From an uncultured Spirochaetota bacterium (lineage in GTDB: Bacteria; Spirochaetota; Brevinematia; Brevinematales; JAOACQ01), in contig CAWIGG010000002.1 in assembly GCA_963835575.1 (NCBI GenBank), positions 1,696,001 through 1,760,000 on the forward strand: a stretch of 64,000 nucleotides of DNA. The letters are read 5' to 3'. Positions within the stretch are counted from its first letter, which is position 1; each line of letters begins with the position of its first letter. The notes under the pieces are model-generated. The model was not told the origin of the DNA and did no database searches. It worked only from the letters and a program-made list of their open reading frames with translations. Both the position numbers and the translations under genes were made by a program. Positions 42,293 through 53,626 of the stretch are shown here, piece by piece.

Positions 42293-44014
42293 CTAATTTT
42301 TCCCGTCCAGGATTTCCTGCTTCTTTTCCAGAAGATGGGCCGTGTTATTCAGGATCATTTCACAGCGGGCTTTGACTTCCGGCAAAGAGAATTCCAGGAA
42401 ATACTTAAGAACATCCTTCTTTCTTTCGGAATGGCTAGCGTCGCGGAGCATCAGATAAGCTATTGTTGTGGACATGACCATTTCCACCAGCCTTCTGGAA
42501 TGATAATCCTGATAGAGAGGGTCGTTTTTATCGCGGACATAGGCTATGGCTTTTTCCGTCAGGTCCTTTATCTCCCGGACCGGTTTTCTGAGATACTCAA
42601 GGCCGGAAAAATCAAATTTCTTATCATAAGTATTAAGTCTGTCCATCGCCACGCCTTTCACGATGCCGCCGATGGCCGCCACAACCTGGAGCTGTGTCGT
42701 GCCTTCATATATATTGGTGATCCTGGCGTCGCGGTAGTGCCTTTCGGCGTTGAATTCCTTCATAAACCCGGTCCCGCCGTGGATCTGAATGTTATCATAA
42801 GCCGCCTGGTTGGCCAGTTCCGTATTATAAAACTTCGCCATCGGTGTAAAGAGCGCCGCAAGCGCCGTGTATTTTTTCATCTCGTCCCGGAGCTCTTTCG
42901 CCTTTTCATCGCTATGCCCGCTCTGTTCTTCCAGGCCGTTTTTGATGTCGACGATCCGGGCCGTTTCATAGAGAAGCGTTCTTCCGGCCTCGATTTTTAC
43001 CCGCATATTGACCAGAATCTCGCTCACCGGGATCATATCGCGGATGGCTTTCTTGAATTGAACGCGGTCTTTTGCGTACTGGTCGGCTTCGGCATACGCT
43101 GCTTCGGCGATACCGAGCCCCTGTGCCGCGATGGCCAGACGCGCGCCGTTCATCAGCGACATCACGTATTTGATGAGGCCCATTCTTCTTTTGCCGCAGA
43201 GTTCCGCCCGCGCGTCATTGAACTGCAGTTCGCAGGTCGGGGAACCGTGAATACCGAGCTTGTTCTCGATACGGCGGATCTTCATATTCTTATCGCGTTC
43301 ATAGATAAACATCGAAAGGCCTCTGCCGTCAGTCGTGCCTTCCTCGCTCCGGGCCAATACAAGGGAAATCTGGCCGCAGCCGTTGGTAATAAAACGCTTC
43401 ACGCCTTTCAGGCGCCACTGTCCTTTTTCATCCTCATAAGCCTTGAGCATCACCGCCTGCAGGTCGCTTCCGGCGTCAGGCTCAGTCAGGGCCATCGAGC
43501 CCGTCACTTCGCCCGAACAGAAGCGGGGAAGATAACGCATCCTTTGATCTTCATCGCCGAAGAGATTGATCGTATCGGCAATGTCCTGAAGCCCGAATAA
43601 ATTCATCAGCGCCGCGTCTGCTCTTGATACCATCTCAGTCGCTATCGCATAAATAGTAACGGGACAGTTCAGCCCGCCGTATTTTCTCGGAAGGGTGAAG
43701 CCCATCATATCCGCTTTTTTCAGCACATCAAGGGCTTCTTCAGTACCTTTCGCGTATTGTACTTCGCCGTTCTCAAAATGAGCTCCCTCTTCATCCACCT
43801 TCGGAGCGCGGGGAGCGATGAAATCGCCGGCTATGCCGCCGATCACATCCAGTACTTTATCATAGGAATCGCGGGCGTCGTTGGTATTGACAGGGGCATA
43901 ATCAAACTTGCCTTTATCTGCGAAATAGTTTTCCTTGAGTTCAATTTCCCTGTCCAGGTCCATATGCTTCATATGAAACCGGATATCGTCATTTTCTTTA
44001 TAAAAATTCGGCAT
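42293..44014 (-). CDS. Acyl-CoA dehydrogenase
   Basis: ALTEPDAGSD, GVKRFITN, KLGIHGSPT, RVQF, QIHGG and IYEGT motifs. Confidence 0.94.
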   Translation of the reverse strand: MPNFYKENDDIRFHMKHMDLDREIELKENYFADKGKFDYAPVNTNDARDSYDKVLDVIGGIAGDFIAPRAPKVDEEGAHFENGEVQYAKGTEEALDVLKKADMMGFTLPRKYGGLNCPVTIYAIATEMVSRADAALMNLFGLQDIADTINLFGDEDQRMRYLPRFCSGEVTGSMALTEPDAGSDLQAVMLKAYEDEKGQWRLKGVKRFITNGCGQISLVLARSEEGTTDGRGLSMFIYERDKNMKIRRIENKLGIHGSPTCELQFNDARAELCGKRRMGLIKYVMSLMNGARLAIAAQGLGIAEAAYAEADQYAKDRVQFKKAIRDMIPVSEILVNMRVKIEAGRTLLYETARIVDIKNGLEEQSGHSDEKAKELRDEMKKYTALAALFTPMAKFYNTELANQAAYDNIQIHGGTGFMKEFNAERHYRDARITNIYEGTTQLQVVAAIGGIVKGVAMDRLNTYDKKFDFSGLEYLRKPVREIKDLTEKAIAYVRDKNDPLYQDYHSRRLVEMVMSTTIAYLMLRDASHSERKKDVLKYFLEFSLPEVKARCEMILNNTAHLLEKKQEILDGKN

Positions 44015-44024
44015 TTTCCGCTCC

Positions 44025-45053
44025 TTATTTCATTAATGATTTATAAACTTCGATAAGCTTCGGAAGCACATCGTTCAAATCGCCGACAATCCCGTAATGC
44101 GCGATCTGAAATATCGGCGCGTTGGGATCGCTGTTGATGGCGATGATGCGGTTCGATTCCTTCATGCCGGCCATATGCTGGATTTGCCCCGAAATACCGA
44201 CCGCGATGTAGAGCTTCGGACGCACTGTTGTTCCCGTCTGGCCGACCTGATGATCCTTGCCGATAAAGCCCGCGTCCACGGCCGCGCGTGAACCGCCGAC
44301 CTGCGCACCGATTGTATGCGCCAGGTCATGGACCATTTTAAAATTATCCTTTGAGCCGACGCCCATGCCGCCTGAAACGATAATACCGGCGGATTTCAGA
44401 TCGACCGTTTTTTCGCGCTGAATTTTCTTGACGATTTCCGTGATGAACAAATCTTTTGAAAGATCAATTTTCGCTTCGATCACTTCGCCTTTCCGCGCTT
44501 TATCCGGAGAATTCATTTTCATCACGCCTTCGCGGACCGTGGCCATCTGCGGCCTGTGGTCGGGGCTGACAATCGTCGCGATGATATTGCCTCCGAAAGC
44601 GGGGCGTATTTGATAGAGAATATCCTTATAGAGAACATCTCCTTCTTTTGAAGAAGGCTTTGTGTAATCGCCGATCTGCAGGTTCGTGCAGTCCGCTGTC
44701 AGGCCCACTCTTAACTCCGAAGCGATGCGCGGCGCGATGTCCCTTCCTGTCGTTGACGCACCGTAAAGGACAATCTGCGGCTGGTGTTCCGTGACCAGGT
44801 TCACAACAATATGCGCGTACGGCAGCGTCAGATAATTCTTGAGCACAGGCATATCAACCATGTAAACCTTATCGGCGCCGTATTGGATAAGCGTGTCCGT
44901 TAATCCCTTCACATTATCCCCGATCAGAATGGCACCGGTTTTTACCTTGAGCTTGCGGGCAAGTTCGCTGCCTTTACCCAGGAGCTCCAGGCTTACTTCG
45001 GCTATTTTTCCGTTGTTCTGTTCTATATAAACCCAAACTTCATTCGTTTTCAT
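44025..45053 (-). CDS. etfA: Electron transfer flavoprotein alpha subunit
   Basis: RPAFGGN and [25 protein letters not shown] motifs. Confidence 0.95.
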   Translation of the reverse strand: MKTNEVWVYIEQNNGKIAEVSLELLGKGSELARKLKVKTGAILIGDNVKGLTDTLIQYGADKVYMVDMPVLKNYLTLPYAHIVVNLVTEHQPQIVLYGASTTGRDIAPRIASELRVGLTADCTNLQIGDYTKPSSKEGDVLYKDILYQIRPAFGGNIIATIVSPDHRPQMATVREGVMKMNSPDKARKGEVIEAKIDLSKDLFITEIVKKIQREKTVDLKSAGIIVSGGMGVGSKDNFKMVHDLAHTIGAQVGGSRAAVDAGFIGKDHQVGQTGTTVRPKLYIAVGISGQIQHMAGMKESNRIIAINSDPNAPIFQIAHYGIVGDLNDVLPKLIEVYKSLMK

Positions 45054-45065
45054 ATCTATACCTCA

Positions 45066-45938
45066 TCAACCTAATATATGTTCTTTCATGAGTTCGCCGA
45101 TCAGACTTTCCAGGCCGGGCTTTGTGTTTTCGATCTTCTTGAATTCCTGCGCGCCCAGAACAACACTTTCGATCTGCTTGACCTTTGTGGGAGAACCGGG
45201 AAGCCCGCACTGCTCGGGACTCGCGCCGATCTCTTTATGGTCCCAGAGTTTGATGACCGCATGAGAATCGCTGATTTCATTATTATTGATATATGCCTCG
45301 TCAAGATTATCCAGTTCCATCGGGGTCATCGCATGTTTATAAGCGAGGAGTTTTTTCGCCGAGGGCGGCCTGGGAGTATTGGCCTCATTTGTGATTGTCA
45401 GTAAAACGGGAAGCTTTGACCTGACAACTTCATATCCGCCTTCGATCGCCCGTTCCACTGTAATGGAATCTTTTTTAATCTCAGTTATTTTGTTGACGCA
45501 TGAGAGTTGATTCATCTTCAGTTTTTCAGCTGTCTGGGGACCGACCTGGGCCGTATCCCCGTCGATAGCCTGCCTGCCGCAGAGGACCAGGTCAATCTTG
45601 CCCAGCTTTTTAACCGCAAGGGCCAGAACATAAGAAGTCGCCAGGGTATCGGCACCCGCGAACGCGCGGTCAGTTATAAGAATAACATCATCGGCACCGC
45701 GGAATAACGAATCACGCAGGACCTGGGCCGCGTTGGGCGGTCCCATTGTGATGACGGTCACTTTTGCCCCCTGGCTTTCCTTGATCTTGATCGCTTCTTC
45801 CAATGCATTCAAATCCTCAGGATTGAAAATGGCGGGGAGGGCCTGGCGGTTCACTGTCCCGTCGTCCTTCATCGCCTTTCCCGTGATATTATGCGTATCG
45901 GGCACTTGTTTTACTAAAACAGCAATGTTATAACTCAC
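45066..45938 (-). CDS. etfB: Electron transfer flavoprotein beta subunit
   Basis: VKQVPD, ADTLATS and CGRQAIDGDTAQVGP motifs. Confidence 0.95.
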   Translation of the reverse strand: MSYNIAVLVKQVPDTHNITGKAMKDDGTVNRQALPAIFNPEDLNALEEAIKIKESQGAKVTVITMGPPNAAQVLRDSLFRGADDVILITDRAFAGADTLATSYVLALAVKKLGKIDLVLCGRQAIDGDTAQVGPQTAEKLKMNQLSCVNKITEIKKDSITVERAIEGGYEVVRSKLPVLLTITNEANTPRPPSAKKLLAYKHAMTPMELDNLDEAYINNNEISDSHAVIKLWDHKEIGASPEQCGLPGSPTKVKQIESVVLGAQEFKKIENTKPGLESLIGELMKEHILG

Positions 45939-45971
45939 GCATATCCTCCTCTATTTATAATTATAAAAAAA

Positions 45972-45996
45972 TATAGAGACGCTATGCGTCTCTATA
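45972..45996. repeat. Perfect hairpin (REP-like or terminator)
   Basis: TATAGAGACGC-tat-GCGTCTCTATA. Confidence 0.55.
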
Positions 45997-46003
45997 ATAA
46001 AAA

Positions 46004-47023
46004 TTACATATTACACATGGCTGATTTCACGCTTTGCAGTTCCTTTTCAGTATCATCAACCAATTCCTGGATCATTTCCCTCATCGGCTGTATCTTTTCC
46101 ACCAGACCGACACTCTGTCCTGCCATCAGCGAACCGTTTTCAATATCGCCGTCAACCACTCCTTTTCGGAGGCCGCCGACCCAGTAACGCTCTACTTCAA
46201 ACTGGGCTTCCTCGCGTGTGATTTCGCCCTTTTCAAGTTTTTTCAAAAGCTCAAGCTGAAGCTTCCCGAAATTTTCCGTTCCCTTATTTTTTAAAGCCCG
46301 GACGGCCACAACCGGAAGTCTGGAATCATATTGAGGGGTTGATATCGCATGGCGGGCTTTAGCTTTGATAAAAACTTCCTTGAATTTAGGATGCGCCGTG
46401 CATTCCTCGCTTACCACAAAACGCGTTCCCAGCTGCACGCCGGAAGCGCCCATCAATAGCATATGCGCTATCATTTTGCCGGTGCCTATACCGCCGGCTA
46501 TAAAAACCGGTACTTCAGTCGTATGAAAGAGTATCTGCTGAAGCAGGATCATTGTCGATACATAACCGATATGCCCGCCGGCCTCGCTTCCTTCCAGGAT
46601 CAGGGCATCGATGCCGAACCGGATCATCTGGTCGGAAATCTGGCCGCTGGAAGCGAAGGCCATTGTTCTTTTACCTTTCGGCTTCATTCCGTCCACATCA
46701 TGTTTTTTAGGGAAATTACCAGCGAATATCACTATCGGAACATTTTTACTCTGAACGATTTCATACTGTTTTTTATAATTAGGGGCTATGGTTATCATAT
46801 TGACGGCAAAAGGCGTCTTTAAATTCTGTACGCATTTATCAATTTCTTTTTCAAACAGATCGGGGTCCATATTTCCGCCCGCCAGAACAGGAAAAGCGCC
46901 GTTATCGCTGACGGCTTTGGCAAGCTCAAAATTACTGATCCAGGTCATCGCTCCCGCCATAATGGGATACCTGACGCCCAGAAATTCCTGGCCTCTTTTC
47001 CAGAACTTATCAACCAATCTCAT
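46004..47023 (-). CDS. FabK/nitronate monooxygenase-family flavoprotein
   Basis: YPIMAGAM, EGSEAGGHIG, AGGIG, GVQLGTRF and MAGQSVG motifs. Confidence 0.88.
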   Translation of the reverse strand: MRLVDKFWKRGQEFLGVRYPIMAGAMTWISNFELAKAVSDNGAFPVLAGGNMDPDLFEKEIDKCVQNLKTPFAVNMITIAPNYKKQYEIVQSKNVPIVIFAGNFPKKHDVDGMKPKGKRTMAFASSGQISDQMIRFGIDALILEGSEAGGHIGYVSTMILLQQILFHTTEVPVFIAGGIGTGKMIAHMLLMGASGVQLGTRFVVSEECTAHPKFKEVFIKAKARHAISTPQYDSRLPVVAVRALKNKGTENFGKLQLELLKKLEKGEITREEAQFEVERYWVGGLRKGVVDGDIENGSLMAGQSVGLVEKIQPMREMIQELVDDTEKELQSVKSAMCNM

Positions 47024-47174
47024 TTCGTTTCTCCGAAAAATTAATTACAAACAAAACCCGGCTTTCAGGCGCATGATTTAACTCATCCGTTTTTTTGAAT
47101 CATGATTTTATAAAACAATACCGTTTTTGTCAATTTAATTCCCGGCAATTTATAACTTGAGTACAGCCATATAT

Positions 47175-47203
47175 TTGACATATTCCACACTTTTTTCTAT
47201 AAT
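47175..47203 (+). promoter_or_regulatory. Consensus sigma70 promoter of rpoZ
   Basis: TTGACA-N17-TATAAT. Confidence 0.8.
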
Positions 47204-47235
47204 TAATATCGCCTGATTATCTAAGGGAGGAATAA

Positions 47236-47460
47236 ATGCCTTTGCAGATTGATAAAATCCTGTCATTTCATGGCAATAAGTATGAAATAGCTAGCGCCAT
47301 GTCCAAGTACGCGCGCTATCTCTCTCAGAAAAACGATGAAGACCTCGAAATACCCATTAATAGAACCCAGAAGGAAAAAGTAACCATCAGCGCCATTAAT
47401 GATATATTGAACGAAAAAGTCACCTATCAGGTTGATATTCTTCCAGATGATAAACAATAA
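47236..47460 (+). CDS. rpoZ: RNA polymerase omega subunit
   Basis: 74 aa; GNKYEIASAMSKYARYL and KVTISAINDI pattern; strong RBS. Confidence 0.8.
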   Translation: MPLQIDKILSFHGNKYEIASAMSKYARYLSQKNDEDLEIPINRTQKEKVTISAINDILNEKVTYQVDILPDDKQ

Positions 47461-47462
47461 AT

Positions 47463-49228
47463 GGCCCTACTGCAAAAACAATCCTACCGATTCATGTACA
47501 AAAGTTGCATAACTCGTTATAATATATGCACATGAATCAGAGAGAGGTCAAAATGTTCAAGCTGAATCAGAGACATATAGAACAGGATTTATATCCGGTA
47601 AGATATGAAATGAACCAGGAAATGAGAGAAAGTTTAAATGAAAGCTGGGCCGGGCTTTTTTACCAGAAAGTTTTCTCAAAAATAAATGAGCGGAAGTTTG
47701 CTCCACTATATGACCCAAAACTTGGTAGGAGTAATTTCCCGGTCAACATATTAGCCGGGCTGGAAATCATGAAAGAGCTATTCTCTCTGACCGATGAACA
47801 GTTGTTTGAGCGGTATCGATATGATTTATCGTTTCGATACGCGCTGGGATTGGAAGACATCAACGCGCAGCAGATGTCGATCAGGACGTTATACTATTTT
47901 CGTGCCGCTGTGGCGGAGAATCAGGACGGGCTTTTTGACGTTATATTTGATGAGTTTCGGGATCTTTTAATTGGAGAGGTCGGGATCAAAACCGGACTGC
48001 AGAGGACAGATTCTGTAATGATTGGGGCCAATATCAAGCGGCTGAATCGGGTTATGCTGTTTCATAAAGTGTTGTCCAATATGGCGGAAGATGTTTCCAA
48101 TGCTGGATTTTCCTTAAGTGAAAGATGTAAGGATTTTCTAAAACAAAATGAGGACGGATTCAGTTATCGACTGAAAAAGGAGAATTACGAATCGAAAACG
48201 GTGGAAATTGGCGAGGAAATATTCGGGCTGATTACAGAGAACGTGTTTCACAATAAAGTCAGGAAACAAAAGAGTTTCCGGCAGGCAATGAGACTTTTGC
48301 GGGAACAATGCCGGATAGAAAAAGAAGGCAAGGTGACGCTGAAGCTGCCGCGGGAAATCAAAGCCTCATCGATGCAGTCGCCGGTGGACGAAGACGCGAC
48401 CTACCGGGAGAAGCGGGGAAAACAGTATGTCGGGTATAAGGTGAACGCGGTTGAAACCTGTGACCCTCAAAATCCGATGCAGGTGATTACCAGCATAGAA
48501 ACCGCATCGAATAATGCTGACGATGGGGATTTATTCCGCAGGCAACTATCTAATTTAAAAAAGGAAACGAATATTGAAACAGCGATAAGCGATGGCGGTT
48601 ATAATTCTGAAGACCTTCGGAATGAGAGCGGCGAAGACGTTCAACTGGTAATGAGCGCGATACGCGGCGTCGATCTGGAAGGGATAAAAAACAAAGCGAA
48701 ACTTTCTGAGTATACAGACCCAAAAACCGGCAAATATGGGATGTGTCCGGCGGGAGAAATCCCGAATAGCATTATTGAAAATGAAGATGGTTCCGTGGTA
48801 TTGAATTTTGATGTAAAAAAATGTGCCGCCTGCGATAAGAAAGAAAATTGTCTGGCCTGTGTCGGCAAGAAGCAAAGTCGGCTGGTAATAGACGCCAAAA
48901 GGGAATGGATGGATGAATTTTTGGAATTGATATGTATGGATGCAGGAAAATTTCTGATGGGACTACGCCCTGCCGTAGAAGGATTGATGAGTTTATTGAA
49001 ACCAAAGTATTTGAGCGGCAGGATTTTGTTCCGTGGTCTGGTAAAAGTCAAAACCCGCATGCTTTTAAGGGGAATCGGGATTAATTTCAAGAGATATCGG
49101 GGCTATTTGGCTGATAAATCGAAGGCTGCCGCCGACATGGCCTTTGATTTCTTAATCTTTTTCCTTGTGCGGTTGAAAATTTGCCGGAATATCCCCTATG
49201 CTTGTGTTTGAATTTTTTCAGCAGGGCC
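47463..49228 (+). mobile_element. Insertion sequence (IS1182/IS4-like DDE)
   Basis: TIRs GGCCCT(A/G)CTG(C/A)AAAAA; 6-bp target duplication ATAAAT that includes the rpoZ stop codon. Confidence 0.88.
47526..49211 (+). CDS. Transposase (DUF772-type N-terminus, DDE domain, Cys-rich insert)
   Basis: GRSNFPVN, LTDEQL, RTDS, DEDATYR, GYK, SDGGY, CAAC...C and RPAVEG motifs. Confidence 0.88.
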   Translation: MHMNQREVKMFKLNQRHIEQDLYPVRYEMNQEMRESLNESWAGLFYQKVFSKINERKFAPLYDPKLGRSNFPVNILAGLEIMKELFSLTDEQLFERYRYDLSFRYALGLEDINAQQMSIRTLYYFRAAVAENQDGLFDVIFDEFRDLLIGEVGIKTGLQRTDSVMIGANIKRLNRVMLFHKVLSNMAEDVSNAGFSLSERCKDFLKQNEDGFSYRLKKENYESKTVEIGEEIFGLITENVFHNKVRKQKSFRQAMRLLREQCRIEKEGKVTLKLPREIKASSMQSPVDEDATYREKRGKQYVGYKVNAVETCDPQNPMQVITSIETASNNADDGDLFRRQLSNLKKETNIETAISDGGYNSEDLRNESGEDVQLVMSAIRGVDLEGIKNKAKLSEYTDPKTGKYGMCPAGEIPNSIIENEDGSVVLNFDVKKCAACDKKENCLACVGKKQSRLVIDAKREWMDEFLELICMDAGKFLMGLRPAVEGLMSLLKPKYLSGRILFRGLVKVKTRMLLRGIGINFKRYRGYLADKSKAAADMAFDFLIFFLVRLKICRNIPYACV

Positions 49229-49240
49229 ATAAATTATATA

Positions 49241-49270
49241 AAGGCGGCGTGTATTAACGCCGCTTTTTTT
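49241..49270 (+). terminator. Rho-independent terminator (original rpoZ terminator)
   Basis: GCGGCGT-gtatta-ACGCCGC-TTTTTTT. Confidence 0.8.
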
Positions 49271-49459
49271 ATCATATCAAGGCAGTTCCAAAAACCAGCT
49301 TTATTGGCGCTTCCGTAATCATAAACAAAATTATTTTCCATTATAATATATAATCAAGTGCGTCATAATTACACGTGTAGGTCATATAAGTCCATTTGTT
49401 CTTGACAAACATTTTGTGAATTATTATATTTTATTGAAATGTTATAATGGAGAGTTAAT

Positions 49460-52054
49460 ATGAACCTGAATAAAGCGACAGTCAAAGCAAGAGAAGCTCT
49501 TGAAAAATCGGGAGCGCTTGCCAATTCTCTCAATCATCAAAGCGTTGATGTCGAGCATCTTTTTCTGGCTCTTCTGGAACAGGAAGAAGGGCTTATTAAG
49601 CCGATACTGCAGAATATTGAAATCAATTTATCAAAACTGACTTCGCTTCTCAATGACAGAATACAAACAAAGCCGAAAATCTACGGCGTCGGCCAGACAT
49701 TTATGTCCAGAGAGCTTAATGAGGCGCTTGAAAACGCGGCCAAGGAAGCTTCCCGCCTTCATGACGAATATATCAGCACGGAGCATCTGCTCCTGGGAAT
49801 ACTGGATACCAGCGACCAATCTCTCCAGGAGTTATACAGACAGGTTAATCTGAATTATGACAGTGTCCTGCTTGCAATAAAGAATCTGAGGGGCACCCAG
49901 AGGGTAACTGATGAAAGCCCCGAAGCAAAATACAATGCCCTGGCCAAGTACAGCCGGGACCTCACTGAAATGGCGCGCCAGGGGAAGCTGGATCCGGTCA
50001 TCGGAAGGGATATGGAAATCCGCCGCGCCATGCAGGTCCTCTCAAGGCGAACAAAAAATAATCCCGTACTGATCGGCGAAGCTGGCGTCGGCAAAACCGC
50101 CATTGTTGAAGGGATAGCCCGCCGCATCTCTTCAGGCGACGTGCCGGAAAGCCTTAAGAATAAAAGAATCCTGACACTCGATCTGGGATTGATGATAGCC
50201 GGGACAAAATTCCGCGGTGAATTTGAGGAACGCCTCAAAGCTCTTCTTAAAGAAGTGACAGACTCAAACGGAGAGGCCATACTTTTTATTGACGAGCTTC
50301 ATACGGTTGTCGGGGCTGGAAATGCCGAAGGCGCTGTTGACGCGGGAAATATGTTGAAGCCGGCCCTGGCGCGCGGCGATATCAAGATGATCGGCGCGAC
50401 GACCATAGATGAATACAGGCGTTATATTGAAAAAGATAAAGCTCTGGAGAGACGTTTCCAGCCTGTTAACGTAAATGAGCCTTCTGTTGAAGACACCATC
50501 GCTATTTTAAGGGGCCTCAAAGAAAAATACGAAGCCCATCATGGCATCCGCATCGCGGATTCCGCGCTAATAGCAGCGACTAAATTTTCAGTGCGGTATA
50601 TAACGGAAAGGCGCCTGCCAGATAAGGCTATCGATCTGGTTGATGAAGCGGGTTCAAAAATACGGCTTGAGATTGAAAGCCAGCCGCAGCAGCTGGATGA
50701 CCTGGACAGGAAAGTTATGCGTTTGACTATAGAAAAGCAGGCTCTATCCAAGGAAAATGATAAAGAGAGCAAGGAAAGGCTTGGCCATCTTGATGAAGAA
50801 TTATCCGAACTGCAGGAAAAGTCAAAGACCCTTAAAGCAAGATGGGACAATGAAAAAAGCATTATCAGGCGTATTAAGGAAATCACACAGGAAATAGACC
50901 GCCTGCATCAGGAAGAGGAGCAGATGGAAAGAAGCGGTAATTTGAATAAAGTCGCGGAGATCCGTTACGGCCTGATCCCCAATAATGAAAAAGAACTGAA
51001 AGAACTGCAGACCAAGCTTCGGGATAAACAGGGCAATACTCCGCTTCTCAGGGAAGAAATAACGGAAGAGGATATAGCAAGGACTGTTTCAGATTGGACC
51101 GGCATACCTGTGGCAAGAATGCTCGAGTCGGAAAAACAAAAGCTCATACACCTGGAGGAAGTCCTTAAAAAACGCGTGGTCGGCCAGGAAAAAGCCATCA
51201 CTTCCGTGTCAAATGCCGTACGGCGCTCAAGGGCCGGCGTTCAGGAAGAAAACAGGCCTATCGGCAGTTTTATGTTCCTCGGCCCGACAGGCGTGGGGAA
51301 AACAGAGCTTTCAAAGGCATTGGCCGAATTTCTTTTTGATACGGAAAAAGCCCTCGTGCGGATGGATATGAGCGAATATATGGAGAAATTCAGCGTACAG
51401 AGGCTTATCGGAGCTCCTCCCGGATATGTCGGTTATGAAGAGGGCGGCCAGCTGACCGAAATTGTCAGAAGAAGGCCGTATACAGTCATCCTTTTTGATG
51501 AAATAGAAAAAGCTCATCCGGATGTCTTTAATATCCTCCTGCAGATTATGGATGACGGCCGGCTGACCGACGGGCAGGGACGCACAGTCAATTTCACAAA
51601 TACGATCATCATCATGACATCAAACATCGGCTCCAACGAACTGAAAATAAAAGGTTTCACAGATGAAAGGAATAAAAGCGGCGAAAATAAGGTTGAGGAA
51701 AAAGTAATGGGACTTTTAAAGTCCCAGTTCCGGCCTGAATTTCTCAATAGAATTGACGAGATCATAACTTTTAACAGCCTTTCTGAAACCGATATCCTTC
51801 AGATTGTAGATATTCAGCTATCCTATGTCCAGAAAAGAATCGAAGCGGGTAAAATGAAATTTTCCATCACTCCCGCTGCCAAAAAACTTCTCGCGGAGCT
51901 TGGTTATGATGAGAATTTCGGGGCCCGTCCGCTAAAAAGAGCCATTCAAAAGAAAATCCTTGATAAGCTGTCTCTTGAAATATTATCAGGGAAATATTCT
52001 GAAGGAAGCATAATCAAAGCGAGTGAAAAGAATGGGCAGATAGTATTAGAATAA
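49460..52054 (+). CDS. clpB: ATP-dependent chaperone ClpB
   Basis: Two AAA+ modules ([16 protein letters not shown]), long M-domain coiled coil, GARPL. Confidence 0.97.
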   Translation: MNLNKATVKAREALEKSGALANSLNHQSVDVEHLFLALLEQEEGLIKPILQNIEINLSKLTSLLNDRIQTKPKIYGVGQTFMSRELNEALENAAKEASRLHDEYISTEHLLLGILDTSDQSLQELYRQVNLNYDSVLLAIKNLRGTQRVTDESPEAKYNALAKYSRDLTEMARQGKLDPVIGRDMEIRRAMQVLSRRTKNNPVLIGEAGVGKTAIVEGIARRISSGDVPESLKNKRILTLDLGLMIAGTKFRGEFEERLKALLKEVTDSNGEAILFIDELHTVVGAGNAEGAVDAGNMLKPALARGDIKMIGATTIDEYRRYIEKDKALERRFQPVNVNEPSVEDTIAILRGLKEKYEAHHGIRIADSALIAATKFSVRYITERRLPDKAIDLVDEAGSKIRLEIESQPQQLDDLDRKVMRLTIEKQALSKENDKESKERLGHLDEELSELQEKSKTLKARWDNEKSIIRRIKEITQEIDRLHQEEEQMERSGNLNKVAEIRYGLIPNNEKELKELQTKLRDKQGNTPLLREEITEEDIARTVSDWTGIPVARMLESEKQKLIHLEEVLKKRVVGQEKAITSVSNAVRRSRAGVQEENRPIGSFMFLGPTGVGKTELSKALAEFLFDTEKALVRMDMSEYMEKFSVQRLIGAPPGYVGYEEGGQLTEIVRRRPYTVILFDEIEKAHPDVFNILLQIMDDGRLTDGQGRTVNFTNTIIIMTSNIGSNELKIKGFTDERNKSGENKVEEKVMGLLKSQFRPEFLNRIDEIITFNSLSETDILQIVDIQLSYVQKRIEAGKMKFSITPAAKKLLAELGYDENFGARPLKRAIQKKILDKLSLEILSGKYSEGSIIKASEKNGQIVLE

Positions 52055-52061
52055 TAAAAAC

Positions 52062-52095
52062 AAAAAGGCGGCAACATGAATTACCGCCTTTTTTT
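52062..52095. terminator. Bidirectional terminator between convergent genes
   Basis: AAAAAGGCGG...CCGCCTTTTTTT. Confidence 0.75.
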
Positions 52096-52107
52096 ATAAT
52101 TATTATG

Positions 52108-52809
52108 CTATTTATTTGTAGCGGGAGGCAGTGTCAGAATTTGGTTGTTCTGCTGCTGCAGTGAAATTCCTTCCTGCTGAAGGAGATCATTATTTCTTAG
52201 TACTTTGAAGTTTTCTTTCATCTGAGCTACAAAACCCTGCACCCATAACTGCATCTTTTGCTGAGACAATTCCTGCGTCGCATACTGTTTAATCTGGTCC
52301 GTTTTTAATCCCATTCTGTCGAACTGCGCTTTATTTTTCAAATAATAGTCATCAATCTCAATTTTTGAAGGATAAAAAGCGCTTTTATCAGCCGGCAGGT
52401 TCTTTGAAATGTAAATTTGATATACTGCCTGTCTGATAGCGGTTTTTAAGAGAAGCTGACCTTCTTTTGATTTAGCCAGACCTTCATTCAGCGCCTTGAT
52501 GGTTATGATATACTGGCTGAGAAGGTTATCAAAATACAGCTTCTTTGTATCAGGCGGCAAATTTGCCCTCTGAGCCTCAGGAATCTGATTCAGGAAATAC
52601 TTAAATCCTTCTTCATATTCTGATTTTGTAATAACATAATCGTCAATTTTTATAAGCCAATCAGAGCCTGATTTCGGAGGGTAAAGACTGACACTGTCAG
52701 CGCCGGTTGAGCCGCCTTTAAGAATAAAAACCAGCCCTCCTCCTATCACAATACCGACGATAAACGAGATTACTAAAAACATCCATAGATTTAATTTCTT
52801 TTCATCCAT
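52108..52809 (-). CDS. Membrane-anchored SurA/PrsA N-domain-like protein lacking an obvious PPIase domain
   Basis: N-terminal TM; IKIDDYVITKSEY...DNLLSQYII...EGL...EIDDYY pattern. Confidence 0.55.
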   Translation of the reverse strand: MDEKKLNLWMFLVISFIVGIVIGGGLVFILKGGSTGADSVSLYPPKSGSDWLIKIDDYVITKSEYEEGFKYFLNQIPEAQRANLPPDTKKLYFDNLLSQYIITIKALNEGLAKSKEGQLLLKTAIRQAVYQIYISKNLPADKSAFYPSKIEIDDYYLKNKAQFDRMGLKTDQIKQYATQELSQQKMQLWVQGFVAQMKENFKVLRNNDLLQQEGISLQQQNNQILTLPPATNK

Positions 52810-52932
52810 TTTCTTACTCCATATTTAAAAATATCAAATACTTTAGCATTTATTTATCAAAAAATCAAGTTTTTTGTCTATTTTACGATATTATTGTATA
52901 ATACATCCTTGGATAATTAGAAGGAGCCCCGA

Positions 52933-53433
52933 ATGCGTAAATTGTTCTGCTTTTTCCTTATTACTTTCTTATTACTTACATTTCTTATAACCCCTTTTTT
53001 CAGTGAAAGCCGTAAATATTCATATGATTATTCAAATCCTCAATCCATTGTCAATTCCGCCTGTTTGATGCTCATGTATGCCGATTATCCGGAAATGCTG
53101 AATTTAACGGAAATGATGGAGAAGAAAAGGACATTAGCTACAATAGAAGAAACAACAAATGCCAAAATCAAGGAATTACTGATAAAAGAATCTGAAAAAA
53201 TCATCAAATTCGAAATAATCGGAACTGAAGATTTTACAAACAATAGTACCAATCAGCTTATGGTAATAACAGTTAAATGGGCTATGAAGATTGATCCTTC
53301 CCGTTATGTTGAGAATAATCCGCGTAAAGCTATTGACCTCAAGGAATCTAAATCAGAATCTGTGATATATACAGATTATCTGCTGAAAAAATTTGAAGAC
53401 AAATGGAAAATCATATCCAAGAAATCAAAGTAA
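52933..53433 (+). CDS. Secreted hypothetical protein
   Basis: Signal peptide, AGGAG RBS, LLKKFEDKWKI C-terminus reminiscent of NTF2-like folds. Confidence 0.65.
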   Translation: MRKLFCFFLITFLLLTFLITPFFSESRKYSYDYSNPQSIVNSACLMLMYADYPEMLNLTEMMEKKRTLATIEETTNAKIKELLIKESEKIIKFEIIGTEDFTNNSTNQLMVITVKWAMKIDPSRYVENNPRKAIDLKESKSESVIYTDYLLKKFEDKWKIISKKSK

Positions 53434-53626
53434 ATTTAATTAGTGCTTGAATGGAAATTCAAAATTTACTACAGAGACCATACTTCGATAAACTCAGTAT
53501 AAACGCCGAACACTGAGGTTTTATTAAATTAAAGTGGAAAATTATTTAATAAATTATTTGAAGAATTATCGTAAAATTGTATTATTAAATAATTAAAAGT
53601 TCATAATATAAAACTCCGTGTTCTCA

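Noticed and set aside
42221..43600. 459-aa plus-strand ORF
   Set aside because: Antisense to the well-conserved acyl-CoA dehydrogenase; explained by codon bias.
49271..49459. CIRCE/HrcA operator upstream of clpB
   Set aside because: No TTAGCACTC-N9-GAGTGCTAA match; only a TTGACA-N17-TATATT promoter candidate at 49402-49430.
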